DNA of 64,000 bases, from IMG/VR virus record IMGVR_UViG_3300037234_000386, positions 1 to 64,000 of that record, one strand, 5' to 3'. The position numbers were made by a program, and so were the translations under genes. The notes below the pieces were generated by a model that saw only the letters and a list, made by a program, of their open reading frames with translations, was not told where the DNA came from and did no database searches. The stretch's first letter is position 1. The number at the start of each line of letters is the position of its first letter. Shown in pieces: positions 15,104-24,339 of the stretch. The stretch comes from a virus.

Positions 15104-16621
15104 ATGGAAACAGGATTAGTAAAATCATCATTTAACCTTCCTAAATTTGTGGAAGACGCGTATTCAACTATCGAAAAAATGAATCAATTTGCTGATATAT
15201 TATTAGAGAGTAAATTAGTTCCTGATCATTTTTTTGAAAAGGGATCTGATAGAAAACCTGATTATAACAAAGGAAAAAGAGCCTCTGTTGTAATTGTTTT
15301 ATTACAATCTCAACAATTAGGGATTCCTCCATTGACGGGACTTCAGCAAATAATACCAGTTAATGGATTATTGTCTCTAAAAGGTGATCTATGTAAAACT
15401 ATGATATTCTCCTCTGGAAAGTTAAAACAAGATTCTTGGATAGAATCTGAATCTGGAGACATTGAATCAGGCACTTTAAAAATGACTATCACAGCGGCAA
15501 GGTCTGATAATGGTATGGCTTTAACTAGATCGTTTTCTATTGATGATGCAAAAAGAGCCGGTTTATGGGTTACTGATGATGATCTTAAAGGAAATGATGG
15601 TTGGAAGAAAAAGAAGTCGGCTTGGTATCGTCACCCTAAGCGTATGCTATTATACAGATGTCTAGGTTTTATATCTCGTGATTTATTTACAGATATTATT
15701 TTTAATATGTACACCACCGAAGAGGCAATGGACATTCCACAGGATGAAACTTTAATCATAGAGAACTCCAATGGAACACAAGTGACAATTCCTGATAAAG
15801 AGTTTAGCCAAGAACGCAGCCAACAATTGACAGGCAAGGCAGCGGACAAGATTGCAAAGGAAGAAGCTAAAATAGTCCCTCCGGAAGAAGCCGTGGTGGT
15901 AACAGAGGAAGCCCCAATTAATCAGTCTGAGATGGACTTTGAAAATCAGGTTGGTACTGGTACTGGCAAAATAGAAGAATCTAAGACGGTTGAGAATACA
16001 ACAGGACCTCAGCCTCATAAGTACACCGAAGATGTATTAATGGCGATGGATATTGGTGATGTAAGAAAGATCATAAGTTCGGATGTTGCCATGTTTGAAG
16101 CACAAGATAAACTACCTGGTACTAACACGAATAAGAAACTTCGATTAATCATTCTTAACAACCAGAAAGGCGAATTGAATGCTTATTGCAAGGCTAACGG
16201 TGTTGAATTGGAAGCTTTTGCTACAGAAGTTGAAGAACCTCAAAAGGATGTTCCTGAAGAAAAAGTACCTGAGCAAAGAGTATCTGACAAATTACCACAA
16301 CCTACACCAACACCAGAAAAGAAAGAGGTAGCTCCAGAAGACCACAAGATACCAGAGAAACCTACACAGGACTTTCCTTTAGGAGAAAATAAGTTTGGGA
16401 TAACAGTAGTGGAAATTCCAGAAGGAGATGAAGCGCGTTCTTTTGATGATGGAAAAACCCTATATGAAGAATTGGAGTCTATTGCGGGATTGGATAACAA
16501 AAGGTATGCTCATCTTATTGGGACTACTTTTACGTTTTTAGCAAAATATACTGATAGGGAGCAGTTGTGCTTTAAAGCCAGCAAGGCACAAATAAATAGT
16601 TTGCTAAATAGCATGAAATAG
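15104..16621 (+). CDS. RecT/Red-beta-like single-strand annealing protein with long acidic tail
   Basis: GIPPLTGLQQI, FSIDDAKRAGL, W-x-x-HPKRMLLYR, MYTTEE. Confidence 0.78.
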   Translation: METGLVKSSFNLPKFVEDAYSTIEKMNQFADILLESKLVPDHFFEKGSDRKPDYNKGKRASVVIVLLQSQQLGIPPLTGLQQIIPVNGLLSLKGDLCKTMIFSSGKLKQDSWIESESGDIESGTLKMTITAARSDNGMALTRSFSIDDAKRAGLWVTDDDLKGNDGWKKKKSAWYRHPKRMLLYRCLGFISRDLFTDIIFNMYTTEEAMDIPQDETLIIENSNGTQVTIPDKEFSQERSQQLTGKAADKIAKEEAKIVPPEEAVVVTEEAPINQSEMDFENQVGTGTGKIEESKTVENTTGPQPHKYTEDVLMAMDIGDVRKIISSDVAMFEAQDKLPGTNTNKKLRLIILNNQKGELNAYCKANGVELEAFATEVEEPQKDVPEEKVPEQRVSDKLPQPTPTPEKKEVAPEDHKIPEKPTQDFPLGENKFGITVVEIPEGDEARSFDDGKTLYEELESIAGLDNKRYAHLIGTTFTFLAKYTDREQLCFKASKAQINSLLNSMK

Positions 16622-16660
16622 TTATCTTTGTTTAAGTAAAACTCTTACTTACTCTAAACG

Positions 16661-16699
16661 AGGGTAGCTTTTCCGAGATGGATTGGCTACCCTTTTTTT
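16661..16699 (+). terminator. intrinsic terminator
   Basis: AGGGTAGC / GCTACCCT stem plus T run. Confidence 0.65.
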
Positions 16700-16719
16700 A
16701 TTCACTTAACACAAGTATT

Positions 16720-17190
16720 ATGGAAGAAACAGGTTATCATTGTTGGGTAAAACTATATGAAGATTGGGTTATTGCCCAATACATAGGAGGTGGAAAATGG
16801 TTAATATTAGCCAGAGAGAATTTAATAGATGAAAAAGACCTTACCATAGGTGATCTCATATTAGGACAAGGAGAACGTTCAGAAGCTTTCCTAATGGTTA
16901 TGAAAGAGCGTAAGAGGCAAATACAAGTAGAAGGACATACTCTTGAGCATGATGATGAATGGGTTGATGGAGAGCTGTCGGAAGCGGGGGCTTGTTATGC
17001 AGGGTTTGAGAAGAAGATCCGCACCATTGATGGAGGTAAAGGAAATATTTCTATAGATAGAACTTGGAGGTGGCCATGGAATATGAAATGGTGGAAGCCT
17101 TCACCAGAAGACAGAGTAAAAGAACTCACTAAGGCTGCGGCTTTGATTATTGCTGATATTGAAAGAATTTTACGAATAAAGAAAGGGTAG
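16720..17190 (+). CDS. two-domain phage protein with conserved ERxRQ...HDD...WPW...AAALIIA.IER domain
   Basis: Widespread phage motif; ATG 16720 preferred because the longer ORF overlaps the terminator. Confidence 0.75.
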   Translation: MEETGYHCWVKLYEDWVIAQYIGGGKWLILARENLIDEKDLTIGDLILGQGERSEAFLMVMKERKRQIQVEGHTLEHDDEWVDGELSEAGACYAGFEKKIRTIDGGKGNISIDRTWRWPWNMKWWKPSPEDRVKELTKAAALIIADIERILRIKKG

Positions 17191-17195
17191 TAACG

Positions 17196-17516
17196 ATGGG
17201 AAGTATAAAGTTAGAAGATGTCGCAAAAGAGAAGGCAAAGCTATATTTCAAAGACAATGCGCAGGGTGGTACAGTAGATACAATGGCATCTGCCATGATT
17301 GATTTTTTGAGAACAGTTTTGAAACCTTCGAAATTAGCTGAATTAGAGGAAGTTGCACCTCCTGCAAAACAATACCAATTATGTCCAAAGTGTATTGGGC
17401 AAGGAATAGTAAGTAAACCTCCTTATGTTGCAGGTGATGTAAACGAGTGGCTAAGTTCAGAATCATTATATACGTGTAACGTTTGCAATGGAGATAAAAT
17501 AATACCAACGCCATGA
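17196..17516 (+). CDS. hypothetical protein with DnaJ-like Zn motifs
   Basis: CPKCIGQG...CNVCNGDK. Confidence 0.7.
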   Translation: MGSIKLEDVAKEKAKLYFKDNAQGGTVDTMASAMIDFLRTVLKPSKLAELEEVAPPAKQYQLCPKCIGQGIVSKPPYVAGDVNEWLSSESLYTCNVCNGDKIIPTP

Positions 17517-17989
17517 GTAAAATCATCCACAGGGGATCAGGAGCGGCTTTAACCGAAATGGCTATATTTAAGCAGGTTTGGATGAGAAGCAACAAGAGAT
17601 CGTTTATAAGCGGTCTGCATTTACGAGGATTAGAAGGAACAGAGCTATTTATAAGCTGTTTTGCGCATGTTCTTGCCAAGGGACTGAATAAGTATCCGTT
17701 TTTTCGCTTTTATGCTAAAAACCTAGCTCTATTGGAGCCAAAAGAACATCATTTGTTCGATAATGGTACTGAAGAAATGAGAATCCATTACGCATTGGAT
17801 ATAGAAGAGAAGGGTGGCACCTGCGATTGGAAAAAGCTTTATGACTTGCGCGATGAGCTTGAAAAGGAGTATAAGAAACACTTTCCTTCAACATTCATGG
17901 GCATCCTCAACTATAAATATGATCCTGAGGAGGTATTTAAGAAGGTAGGCAAGCTTAACCAGGAGTATTTTAAATCGTTGGAGGGTTAG
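17513..17989 (+). CDS. HNH-like nuclease-fold protein
   Basis: FAHVL...NL.LL...EHH.FD pattern. Confidence 0.55.
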   Translation: MSKIIHRGSGAALTEMAIFKQVWMRSNKRSFISGLHLRGLEGTELFISCFAHVLAKGLNKYPFFRFYAKNLALLEPKEHHLFDNGTEEMRIHYALDIEEKGGTCDWKKLYDLRDELEKEYKKHFPSTFMGILNYKYDPEEVFKKVGKLNQEYFKSLEG

Positions 17990-17992
17990 GTT

Positions 17993-18118
17993 ATGGCAGG
18001 AAAGAAAAAGAAGAAGATTGAGAATCCTGAGCCTGTGTATATCGTATGTACAGGGTGCAGTGATTACTTTATAAACTACAAGGGATCCGATGGGTTTTGT
18101 AGGAAGTGTAAAAAATAG
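17993..18118 (+). CDS. 41 aa Zn-finger microprotein
   Basis: MAGKKKKK...CTGC...CRKC; read manually, below the ORF-track cutoff. Confidence 0.5.
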   Translation: MAGKKKKKIENPEPVYIVCTGCSDYFINYKGSDGFCRKCKK

Positions 18119-18127
18119 CTTAAAAGG

Positions 18128-18156
18128 AAAGGGGACCAGTAATGATCCCCTTTTTT
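18128..18156. terminator. bidirectional terminator between convergent operons
   Basis: AAAGGGGA / TCCCCTTT with flanking A and T runs. Confidence 0.7.
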
Positions 18157-18550
18157 ATGTTGTAGAGTAATTGATTTTAAACGTAGAGTTGTGTTTTTCT
18201 AAAAGCATCAATATTGCCTTAACATGATCTTGGTGCTCTTCTGTGGTTACTACGGTAAGAAGCTTTTCGAAATGTTTTATTAGAAAAGGTATTGATGGTG
18301 CAATTAATAAAGCATGATTATCATCCTTATGAGCTTTCCAAAAAGCATCTGGTTTATACATAAAAATAATAGTAGCCAGACCGTTTTTGCCAATAAGATA
18401 CTTTGGTTTGTCTTGCTTATACACCTTTGTCAAACATTTATTTAGCTTCACTTCACCCATGTCGAACAATACATTCATAGCATCTTCGTATGATCCCCTG
18501 TGAACAATCACCTCTCTTATTGGTAATGGATATTTCCCTAGTGTTTTCAT
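18155..18550 (-). CDS. hypothetical protein
   Basis: Minus-strand operon ORF. Confidence 0.65.
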   Translation of the reverse strand: MKTLGKYPLPIREVIVHRGSYEDAMNVLFDMGEVKLNKCLTKVYKQDKPKYLIGKNGLATIIFMYKPDAFWKAHKDDNHALLIAPSIPFLIKHFEKLLTVVTTEEHQDHVKAILMLLEKHNSTFKINYSTT

Positions 18551-18553
18551 GAT

Positions 18554-18748
18554 TTACAAGTTAGATATTAAATAAAAAAGGGCTTCTACTGGCAAAGTAT
18601 GAGTACTCTTGCCGTTCTCGATGGTAAATAAGGCGATGTGTTGAGAATCGTCAATAACAATTCTCTTATCATCAATAACAATATCAGTCCAATCAGTCTC
18701 CTTGCTGACCGTCACTCTTTTCTTGCTCGTCTGTCTGCGTACCCTCAT
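18554..18748 (-). CDS. hypothetical protein
   Basis: Minus-strand operon ORF. Confidence 0.55.
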   Translation of the reverse strand: MRVRRQTSKKRVTVSKETDWTDIVIDDKRIVIDDSQHIALFTIENGKSTHTLPVEALFYLISNL

Positions 18749-18947
18749 CTGATTCCGTTTTAAGTTTTCTAAAGATAGTTACAACTGCATAAATATCTTC
18801 AGCAATTCTTATTGTTCCTCTAGAAGTGCTGATTAATTCAGTCTTACCAGTTGTAGATGGTCCAATCGTTCTCGTTAAATTAGCTCTAAAAAGAACCATC
18901 TTGCCCTGTATTTTAAATTTTAGATTCTTAGCGTCAAATCGTGCCAT
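18693..18947 (-). CDS. small conserved protein (GPSxTGKTxLIxTSRG motif)
   Basis: Recognisable motif of a small beta-rich putative nucleic-acid-binding family. Confidence 0.65.
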   Translation of the reverse strand: MARFDAKNLKFKIQGKMVLFRANLTRTIGPSTTGKTELISTSRGTIRIAEDIYAVVTIFRKLKTESDEGTQTDEQEKSDGQQGD

Positions 18948-18951
18948 TGTA

Positions 18952-19131
18952 CTAAGAGTTTGTTAATTGGTTCTTAAAAGCAATAGCTTCTTTGCTCTCA
19001 ATATGGAATACAACCTTGTTTTCGGGCAAATAGAGACATGCATCGCCTCTCTTTATGGTTTTACCCGTTTCAGCACAAGTGCTTTCGAATTTAGACTTCG
19101 TGAGTCTTCCTGATCTAGTTGCTCGTGTCAT
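18952..19131 (-). CDS. small phage protein (SKFESTCAETGKTIKRGD motif)
   Basis: ATG 19131 lies downstream of the minus-strand promoter. Confidence 0.65.
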   Translation of the reverse strand: MTRATRSGRLTKSKFESTCAETGKTIKRGDACLYLPENKVVFHIESKEAIAFKNQLTNS

Positions 19132-19158
19132 AATCTTATATGTATTGGTTTGTGTGTG

Positions 19159-19190
19159 CAATATTACAACGAATAAACGAATAAAACAAA
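19159..19190 (-). promoter_or_regulatory. leftward host-type promoter
   Basis: TTTG-N19-GTAATATTG on the minus strand. Confidence 0.65.
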
Positions 19191-19220
19191 TACATATCAC
19201 AAAAAATAATCACAAAAAGA

Positions 19221-19252
19221 TTTGTTTATATGGAATAGATGTCGTAATATTG
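19221..19252 (+). promoter_or_regulatory. rightward host-type promoter
   Basis: TTTG-N19-GTAATATTG. Confidence 0.65.
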
Positions 19253-19278
19253 TGGTGTATTAACTAAACTATAAAACA

Positions 19279-19689
19279 ATGATAAGTCAGATTTACCGAG
19301 TGCACTACATGAAAGACAGGTTTTCTTATGTAGGATTACTTAGAAACGAAAAGAAGTTTAGCATTAACGACAAGGTGTTTTTCTCTATTAACAACCACGA
19401 TATAGCTTTTGGGCGTATTGTAGGTGTAGAATTACCACCAGCAGAAAATCCAGAATATAGATATAAGATTGAGTTACCTGAAAAACTTATACTCCAAAGA
19501 ATGGAGCATAAGGATTTTTACGCAGGTAAAGATATTGACAAGGTAGATCTTAATTGTGATAAGATTTTTAGCACAATTGAAGAGGCTAAAGAATCTGCAA
19601 TAAAAAATCTTGAGCGCATGGCTGAATTACAACGAGTAGAGATTGATAGATATTTTTACGCACTACAATCAAGCAGTTCTAAAGGTTAG
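19279..19689 (+). CDS. hypothetical protein (SH3/KOW-like)
   Basis: KFSINDKVFF...GRIVGV...YKI pattern. Confidence 0.7.
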   Translation: MISQIYRVHYMKDRFSYVGLLRNEKKFSINDKVFFSINNHDIAFGRIVGVELPPAENPEYRYKIELPEKLILQRMEHKDFYAGKDIDKVDLNCDKIFSTIEEAKESAIKNLERMAELQRVEIDRYFYALQSSSSKG

Positions 19690-19705
19690 TTAGTATTGGA
19701 TAATT

Positions 19706-20146
19706 ATGGTTTATAGCTCGGTTTATGCTTGTCCGGGCTTTTTACACCTTCTAAAAATGAATTATATGGGACATACAAAAAGGAATTGCGACTATTGCGA
19801 AAAAGAGTATATGGCAGACAACCGAAATTTAAAGCGAGGTTGGGGGTTATGTTGTTCTAAGAGGTGTGCAGCAAATAAACGAGAAAAGAGTAGACCTAAC
19901 TATGATCCAAAGCGAGTTGCTGCTAATAATATTAAAAGAGTTAGTTTTCAAGAACAGGCTTACGAGCGTGGATCAAATGCATTTGCAAGACGTAGAGGCT
20001 ACCCAACATATGCAGAAATGCAAGACAGTCAAGCTATGGAAGATGGCAGTTGGGATGCTCATGGAGGTGTTGAATTGTCGATATGTAATATCTGTAATTT
20101 AAGAGCTAACTATTGCAGATGCGGTGAAGGATGTGATGATTATTAA
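19706..20146 (+). CDS. Cys-rich hypothetical protein (start likely internal)
   Basis: CDYC...RGWGLCCSKRCA motif. Confidence 0.65.
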   Translation: MVYSSVYACPGFLHLLKMNYMGHTKRNCDYCEKEYMADNRNLKRGWGLCCSKRCAANKREKSRPNYDPKRVAANNIKRVSFQEQAYERGSNAFARRRGYPTYAEMQDSQAMEDGSWDAHGGVELSICNICNLRANYCRCGEGCDDY

Positions 20147-20157
20147 AATTTTGAAAT

Positions 20158-20643
20158 ATGGAATTTACTTTTAAAAATAAGACTTACGAACTCGTAAAAG
20201 GGAATGGCTGGAATTGTGTTGAATGCGACCTGCATGACATGCAAGGGTGTGCTATTTCAATAGCCAACGCTCCTTTTGAGATAGCTAAAAACACTCATGA
20301 ATGCGAAGATGGTGGTTATGTGTGGAAAGAGAATAGGAATAAAAGTATTGATAGGCTACATGAAGATGCGACACGTGCTGCAAGTGGTGTGATCGAGCGC
20401 ATTAATGATGCCCGTATTGCATCAGCAGCCACCCGCATAGGAGAATTCGATAACCTTCACATAACAGCACACATGGATATTGACAGAACAGTAGAGTCTT
20501 TAAGACCTATCCTAGCGTACAAAAAGAAAGCAGCTACGGAAATACTTAGGTTTGGTGATGTGGATGAGGAGCAGGTTGTAGTATTGAACGCCATACTTAA
20601 ACATGCAGATAATATGATAAATCAGGTACTTAGAATATCATGA
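20158..20643 (+). CDS. hypothetical protein
   Basis: Operon ORF. Confidence 0.65.
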   Translation: MEFTFKNKTYELVKGNGWNCVECDLHDMQGCAISIANAPFEIAKNTHECEDGGYVWKENRNKSIDRLHEDATRAASGVIERINDARIASAATRIGEFDNLHITAHMDIDRTVESLRPILAYKKKAATEILRFGDVDEEQVVVLNAILKHADNMINQVLRIS

Positions 20644-20927
20644 GTAAAGGATGCAGACATATAAAAATAGGAGATGCCACAGCTATATTGTGTGGAGGCG
20701 AGCCAACAGATCATGAGTGCAATGATAAAGGCCCCGTAATGTACACGTTCTCGGATGGAGATTCTTGTAGCTTATTTGACAAGGCTAGGAAAGAGCGCAT
20801 GAATCTTAACATGTGCGATGCAGACAAGCTTCACTTCATCCGTGAGAAAGGAATCGATATAAGGGGAGGTAGTGTGTCCTGCTCCATATGTAAGAGGCTG
20901 GCATCAGCAGACATGTACTATTTATAA
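20640..20927 (+). CDS. Cys-rich hypothetical protein
   Basis: ATGA overlap with previous gene. Confidence 0.65.
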   Translation: MSKGCRHIKIGDATAILCGGEPTDHECNDKGPVMYTFSDGDSCSLFDKARKERMNLNMCDADKLHFIREKGIDIRGGSVSCSICKRLASADMYYL

Positions 20928-20952
20928 TTTATAAACCAAAAACAGAGTAAAT

Positions 20953-21171
20953 ATGAAAATTAAAGAAATTGTTTCTCAGTCTCGAAGAGATTTTTGGGCA
21001 GACATGGAGTGTGAACATTGTGGTCATATAGAGAAAAAAGTATCTGGTTATGATGATACTAATTATCACAATAACGTAATACCAGACATGAAGTGTAAGG
21101 AATGCGGAAAGAAGGGTAGCGAAGAGCATCGCCCACTAGCTCCTAAATATCCTGAAGGAATGCAATTGTAG
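20953..21171 (+). CDS. Zn-ribbon protein
   Basis: RRDF...CEHCG...GYDD...IPDMKCKECG. Confidence 0.75.
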   Translation: MKIKEIVSQSRRDFWADMECEHCGHIEKKVSGYDDTNYHNNVIPDMKCKECGKKGSEEHRPLAPKYPEGMQL

Positions 21172-21185
21172 AAATAACAAGGCAC

Positions 21186-21225
21186 AAAAAAACCCTAGCA
21201 CAAACGAATGTACTAGGGTTTTTTT
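21186..21225. terminator. bidirectional terminator
   Basis: A7-CCCTAG ... CTAGGG-T7 between convergent genes. Confidence 0.8.
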
Positions 21226-21763
21226 ATTCTTCATCTAAGAACCAATCAAAACCTTTTTCTTCTTTATAAACAGCATTCATGTTGTCTTCAAGAGCAGCCT
21301 TATTCACTTTTCTCAACACTCTTTTAAAAAAAGCAATTCCTGCTGGTGTAAACAATATAAATGTTTTTTGCATACAGTTTCTATGAGGATACACAGCATC
21401 GAAAGTTTGGCGAGAAAAAAAACCTAAGTCTTTTAGCGTATGTATTCTAATCCTCTCCTGGTGGCAAATATTATGGTTCCTGCTATCAATAGTTACCGTT
21501 CCTCCTTTGGTTAGAAACCACAGCTTGCACATAATGAACCAATGATAAAGACCTACTTTAGGCTCAGTCTCTTCCAAAACTTTTATTATTGGATATATGA
21601 GTGCTATCCCATCAAGCATAGAGAATGGAAATAGATAATTCCATATTGCTTTGTATAGGATTTTGAATAGGTTGATTTTTTTACCCTCTAATTTTATGTA
21701 GATGTTTTTTATCGAGGGATCAAGCTCGTATAGTTCGGGTGGTGCTGGCGTGTTATTTTGCAT
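21224..21763 (-). CDS. hypothetical protein, possible winged helix
   Basis: IHTLKDLGFFSR...ILFTPAG resembles a MarR-like wHTH. Confidence 0.55.
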   Translation of the reverse strand: MQNNTPAPPELYELDPSIKNIYIKLEGKKINLFKILYKAIWNYLFPFSMLDGIALIYPIIKVLEETEPKVGLYHWFIMCKLWFLTKGGTVTIDSRNHNICHQERIRIHTLKDLGFFSRQTFDAVYPHRNCMQKTFILFTPAGIAFFKRVLRKVNKAALEDNMNAVYKEEKGFDWFLDEE

Positions 21764-21962
21764 GGCCTTCTGTATTAAATCCGTACTTTTCCATTACTGG
21801 AAGGATCTTTGCCCTGTGAACTGGCTCTATTGTATCGCTCTTCGTCTTGTAGTTGAGATAATTGCGGCCAAGTGTGCACTCCTTTAGAAATATCGCAACC
21901 TTAATGGCTTGATGCCCTTTTAGAAAGGCTTTTAAGTCCTTTTTTGTTAGTTTTTGCTTCAT
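21753..21962 (-). CDS. small putative DNA-binding protein
   Basis: Minus-strand operon ORF. Confidence 0.6.
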   Translation of the reverse strand: MKQKLTKKDLKAFLKGHQAIKVAIFLKECTLGRNYLNYKTKSDTIEPVHRAKILPVMEKYGFNTEGHAK

Positions 21963-22165
21963 TATGCTAGTGTTAGTTTAATAAATACGTTTTGATACCT
22001 TAGACATCGCCTCAAATCATCACTGTTTAAAATAGGATGCTTTGAATAAGTTTCGCCTTCCTTGTTAAGCTCAAAAATTTCTACTGTATCGCTTAAAAAC
22101 AAGTTGCTTGCAATTTCAAAAACATTGACATAAACAATATTTTTGACAAATATATATTTTTCCAT
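21962..22165 (-). CDS. hypothetical protein
   Basis: TAATG coupling. Confidence 0.6.
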   Translation of the reverse strand: MEKYIFVKNIVYVNVFEIASNLFLSDTVEIFELNKEGETYSKHPILNSDDLRRCLRYQNVFIKLTLA

Positions 22166-22245
22166 AATAAAAAATATTAGTTAATAAAAATGTCTTTACG
22201 ACTTGGAACCCCAAACCAGAACAATCTGGTGAGGGGTTTAATAAA

Positions 22246-22428
22246 TTAATTAATCACTACTAAATTAGAAAGAAAACCTATTACATAATGATTTGAGTTA
22301 AAAAAATCCAGATAAACCAAATCATATTTTTTATTTACATTACTTTTTCTAATTTCTGAAATTGTACCAATATAAGAACAGTGTTCTTTTTGTGGCAATC
22401 CTCCTATTTTACCTATTAATTCATTCAT
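22246..22428 (-). CDS. hypothetical protein
   Basis: ORF with A-rich leader. Confidence 0.5.
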   Translation of the reverse strand: MNELIGKIGGLPQKEHCSYIGTISEIRKSNVNKKYDLVYLDFFNSNHYVIGFLSNLVVIN

Positions 22429-22486
22429 GATTTTAATTGTTTAGTTACAAAATATATATTCATTCCTAGATTTTCAAAAAATACCA

Positions 22487-23194
22487 TTATCTTAAAATAT
22501 CAAATGAAATATAATATTTATTACCTGTTTGACGTAAACAATAATAAACGGTTTCGCCTGCGTCTGTGTGTGTGTAAGCTTCGGAACAATAAAAACAACC
22601 TTTACCATAAATAGGAGGTAAGCATTCTAAAAAATGCCAGTAAATGGGCTTTAAAACTTCAAACTCTTGCCCTAGTCTTTTACTAGACATTTTCTTTTTA
22701 ACCTCTTCAAAGTGTTTCCATGCAACGCGCTCTAAATCATTGCGCTCTACTTGTTCTGCTAGTCGTTTGGCGTACTCTTCAAAATAATATATTATAAGAT
22801 TTAATTTATCATCAAAAAAAGTATTTTCTTCTTGGCTTACTGCGTTGTTTCTGTTTCCATTGTAACCAACGACACCACCACAAAAAGAGAAATCAAAATA
22901 TTTACCTATTTGTACTAAATCAATAACTAAGACACGTATTTTGTTATATTCTCTAATTTGCGGAGTATATCCATCTATAGAAGCTGCGTTTTTTGCAGAT
23001 TCAAAGCTGTGCATGTTTAATTTATTTTTATCAAACCATGTGCTTAATGGGTGCACATCACAAGCAAAAACATATTTACAATTAAACATTATTTTTAAAT
23101 ATTCACTAACCTTGTTAAATCGTTCAATTGCCTGATTTTGGTTAGATATATTTACAAAATCGTTTCCTGGTAATTTATTGAAGTTTGGTATCAT
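22487..23194 (-). CDS. hypothetical protein (C-terminal YWHFLECLPP...F..SEA motif)
   Basis: Motif typical of early/anti-restriction-associated phage and plasmid proteins. Confidence 0.7.
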   Translation of the reverse strand: MIPNFNKLPGNDFVNISNQNQAIERFNKVSEYLKIMFNCKYVFACDVHPLSTWFDKNKLNMHSFESAKNAASIDGYTPQIREYNKIRVLVIDLVQIGKYFDFSFCGGVVGYNGNRNNAVSQEENTFFDDKLNLIIYYFEEYAKRLAEQVERNDLERVAWKHFEEVKKKMSSKRLGQEFEVLKPIYWHFLECLPPIYGKGCFYCSEAYTHTDAGETVYYCLRQTGNKYYISFDILR

Positions 23195-23272
23195 AATATA
23201 AAGTTTAGATTAATACTATTACTGTCTCCTTTGCGGAGTAGAACCGAAAGCAGGTGCGAACCTGCAAACGGT

Positions 23273-23497
23273 TTATTTTTCATGTCTTTCTATACAATAG
23301 TTAGTTAACCATGCAGAATACAAGTTGTACTGCTTTTCGCTTATCCTTTCCTGTAGACGTTCCCTGTCTAGGCTTCTAAGCTCATTATCTAAGGTATCGT
23401 TCAAATATTGTCTTCTATAGGGTTTATCTGTCCCCTTTTCGCTGTCTGCATGTGCTTTCAAGCGTTCTTTGTATGCTTTGTAAATTGAATTATCCAT
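23273..23497 (-). CDS. hypothetical protein
   Basis: Minus-strand operon ORF. Confidence 0.65.
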   Translation of the reverse strand: MDNSIYKAYKERLKAHADSEKGTDKPYRRQYLNDTLDNELRSLDRERLQERISEKQYNLYSAWLTNYCIERHEK

Positions 23498-23499
23498 TT

Positions 23500-23715
23500 T
23501 TAAGCCTCCACTGCTTCAATTAATTCTTCTAAACTGTTTATTGGTTCACTCCATGTAAAAACATCATAATCTGCAACAATCTCAACATTTACACCATCCT
23601 GTAAAATGTCCTGTGTTCTATTCACATTTACACTACCTTCAACACAATACCAACCATTATGAGCAAATACTGTACAAGGTGTATTTTCACTTCCGTAAAA
23701 TCCTGTTAAAATCAT
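23500..23715 (-). CDS. acidic hypothetical protein
   Basis: WYCVEGSVNVN motif; A-rich leader. Confidence 0.7.
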   Translation of the reverse strand: MILTGFYGSENTPCTVFAHNGWYCVEGSVNVNRTQDILQDGVNVEIVADYDVFTWSEPINSLEELIEAVEA

Positions 23716-24057
23716 ATTGTAAAATTTAAGTTAAATTAATAAATAGTTGCCTTTGCGGCATGGGTGGGCAGTGCAGGAGCAACCCACACAGCCCAAAAAT
23801 TAGTTAATACTTGCATTTAGTAGCATAAAAAAGACCCAAGCCAAGAACACCACTAAAAACACTATAAAATTCACATCTTTGCGTTTAATAGACATAATAT
23901 AAAATTTAGTCTTCATTTATAATTTCGTTAATGCTTCTATTGTCGTGAGGTAAAACTTCATTGATGTAAAATATTTCAATCTCGTCTTGTGTTGGCTCGG
24001 TTGCTAAAAAAGCTTCAATTGTTTGTTTCATAATACAATACTTAGTTAATAGTTAAT

Positions 24058-24336
24058 TTACTTCCCTAATGTTTGTTTTACTATGTTTTTATAGTCGTAT
24101 TTTGGAACATTAGCATAAAATAGTTTGTCAAAAAATGAAAAGGTGTAAGCTCGTTCAAACGTTTTTTCTCTCTGTTTCTCAGCTTCTTTTTTGTCTGTAA
24201 ACAAAACCCCAATGCCTTTAATCCACAGATCACCATCAATATAACTATGTTGAACACTAGGAGCATTCGTAAACTGTTTTTCAATTCCTATTATTCTGCC
24301 TTTAGTTGTTTTTTCATAACCTACTATAGTTTTCAT
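24058..24336 (-). CDS. hypothetical protein, first gene of leftward operon
   Basis: ATG with A-rich leader. Confidence 0.65.
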   Translation of the reverse strand: MKTIVGYEKTTKGRIIGIEKQFTNAPSVQHSYIDGDLWIKGIGVLFTDKKEAEKQREKTFERAYTFSFFDKLFYANVPKYDYKNIVKQTLGK

Positions 24337-24339
24337 AAT

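Noticed and set aside
23241-23275. tRNA (GCAGGTTCGCACCTGC resembles a T-arm on the minus strand)
   Set aside because: There is no room or pairing for D and anticodon arms or an acceptor stem; treated as part of the repeated hairpin motif. No convincing tRNA was seen in the window.
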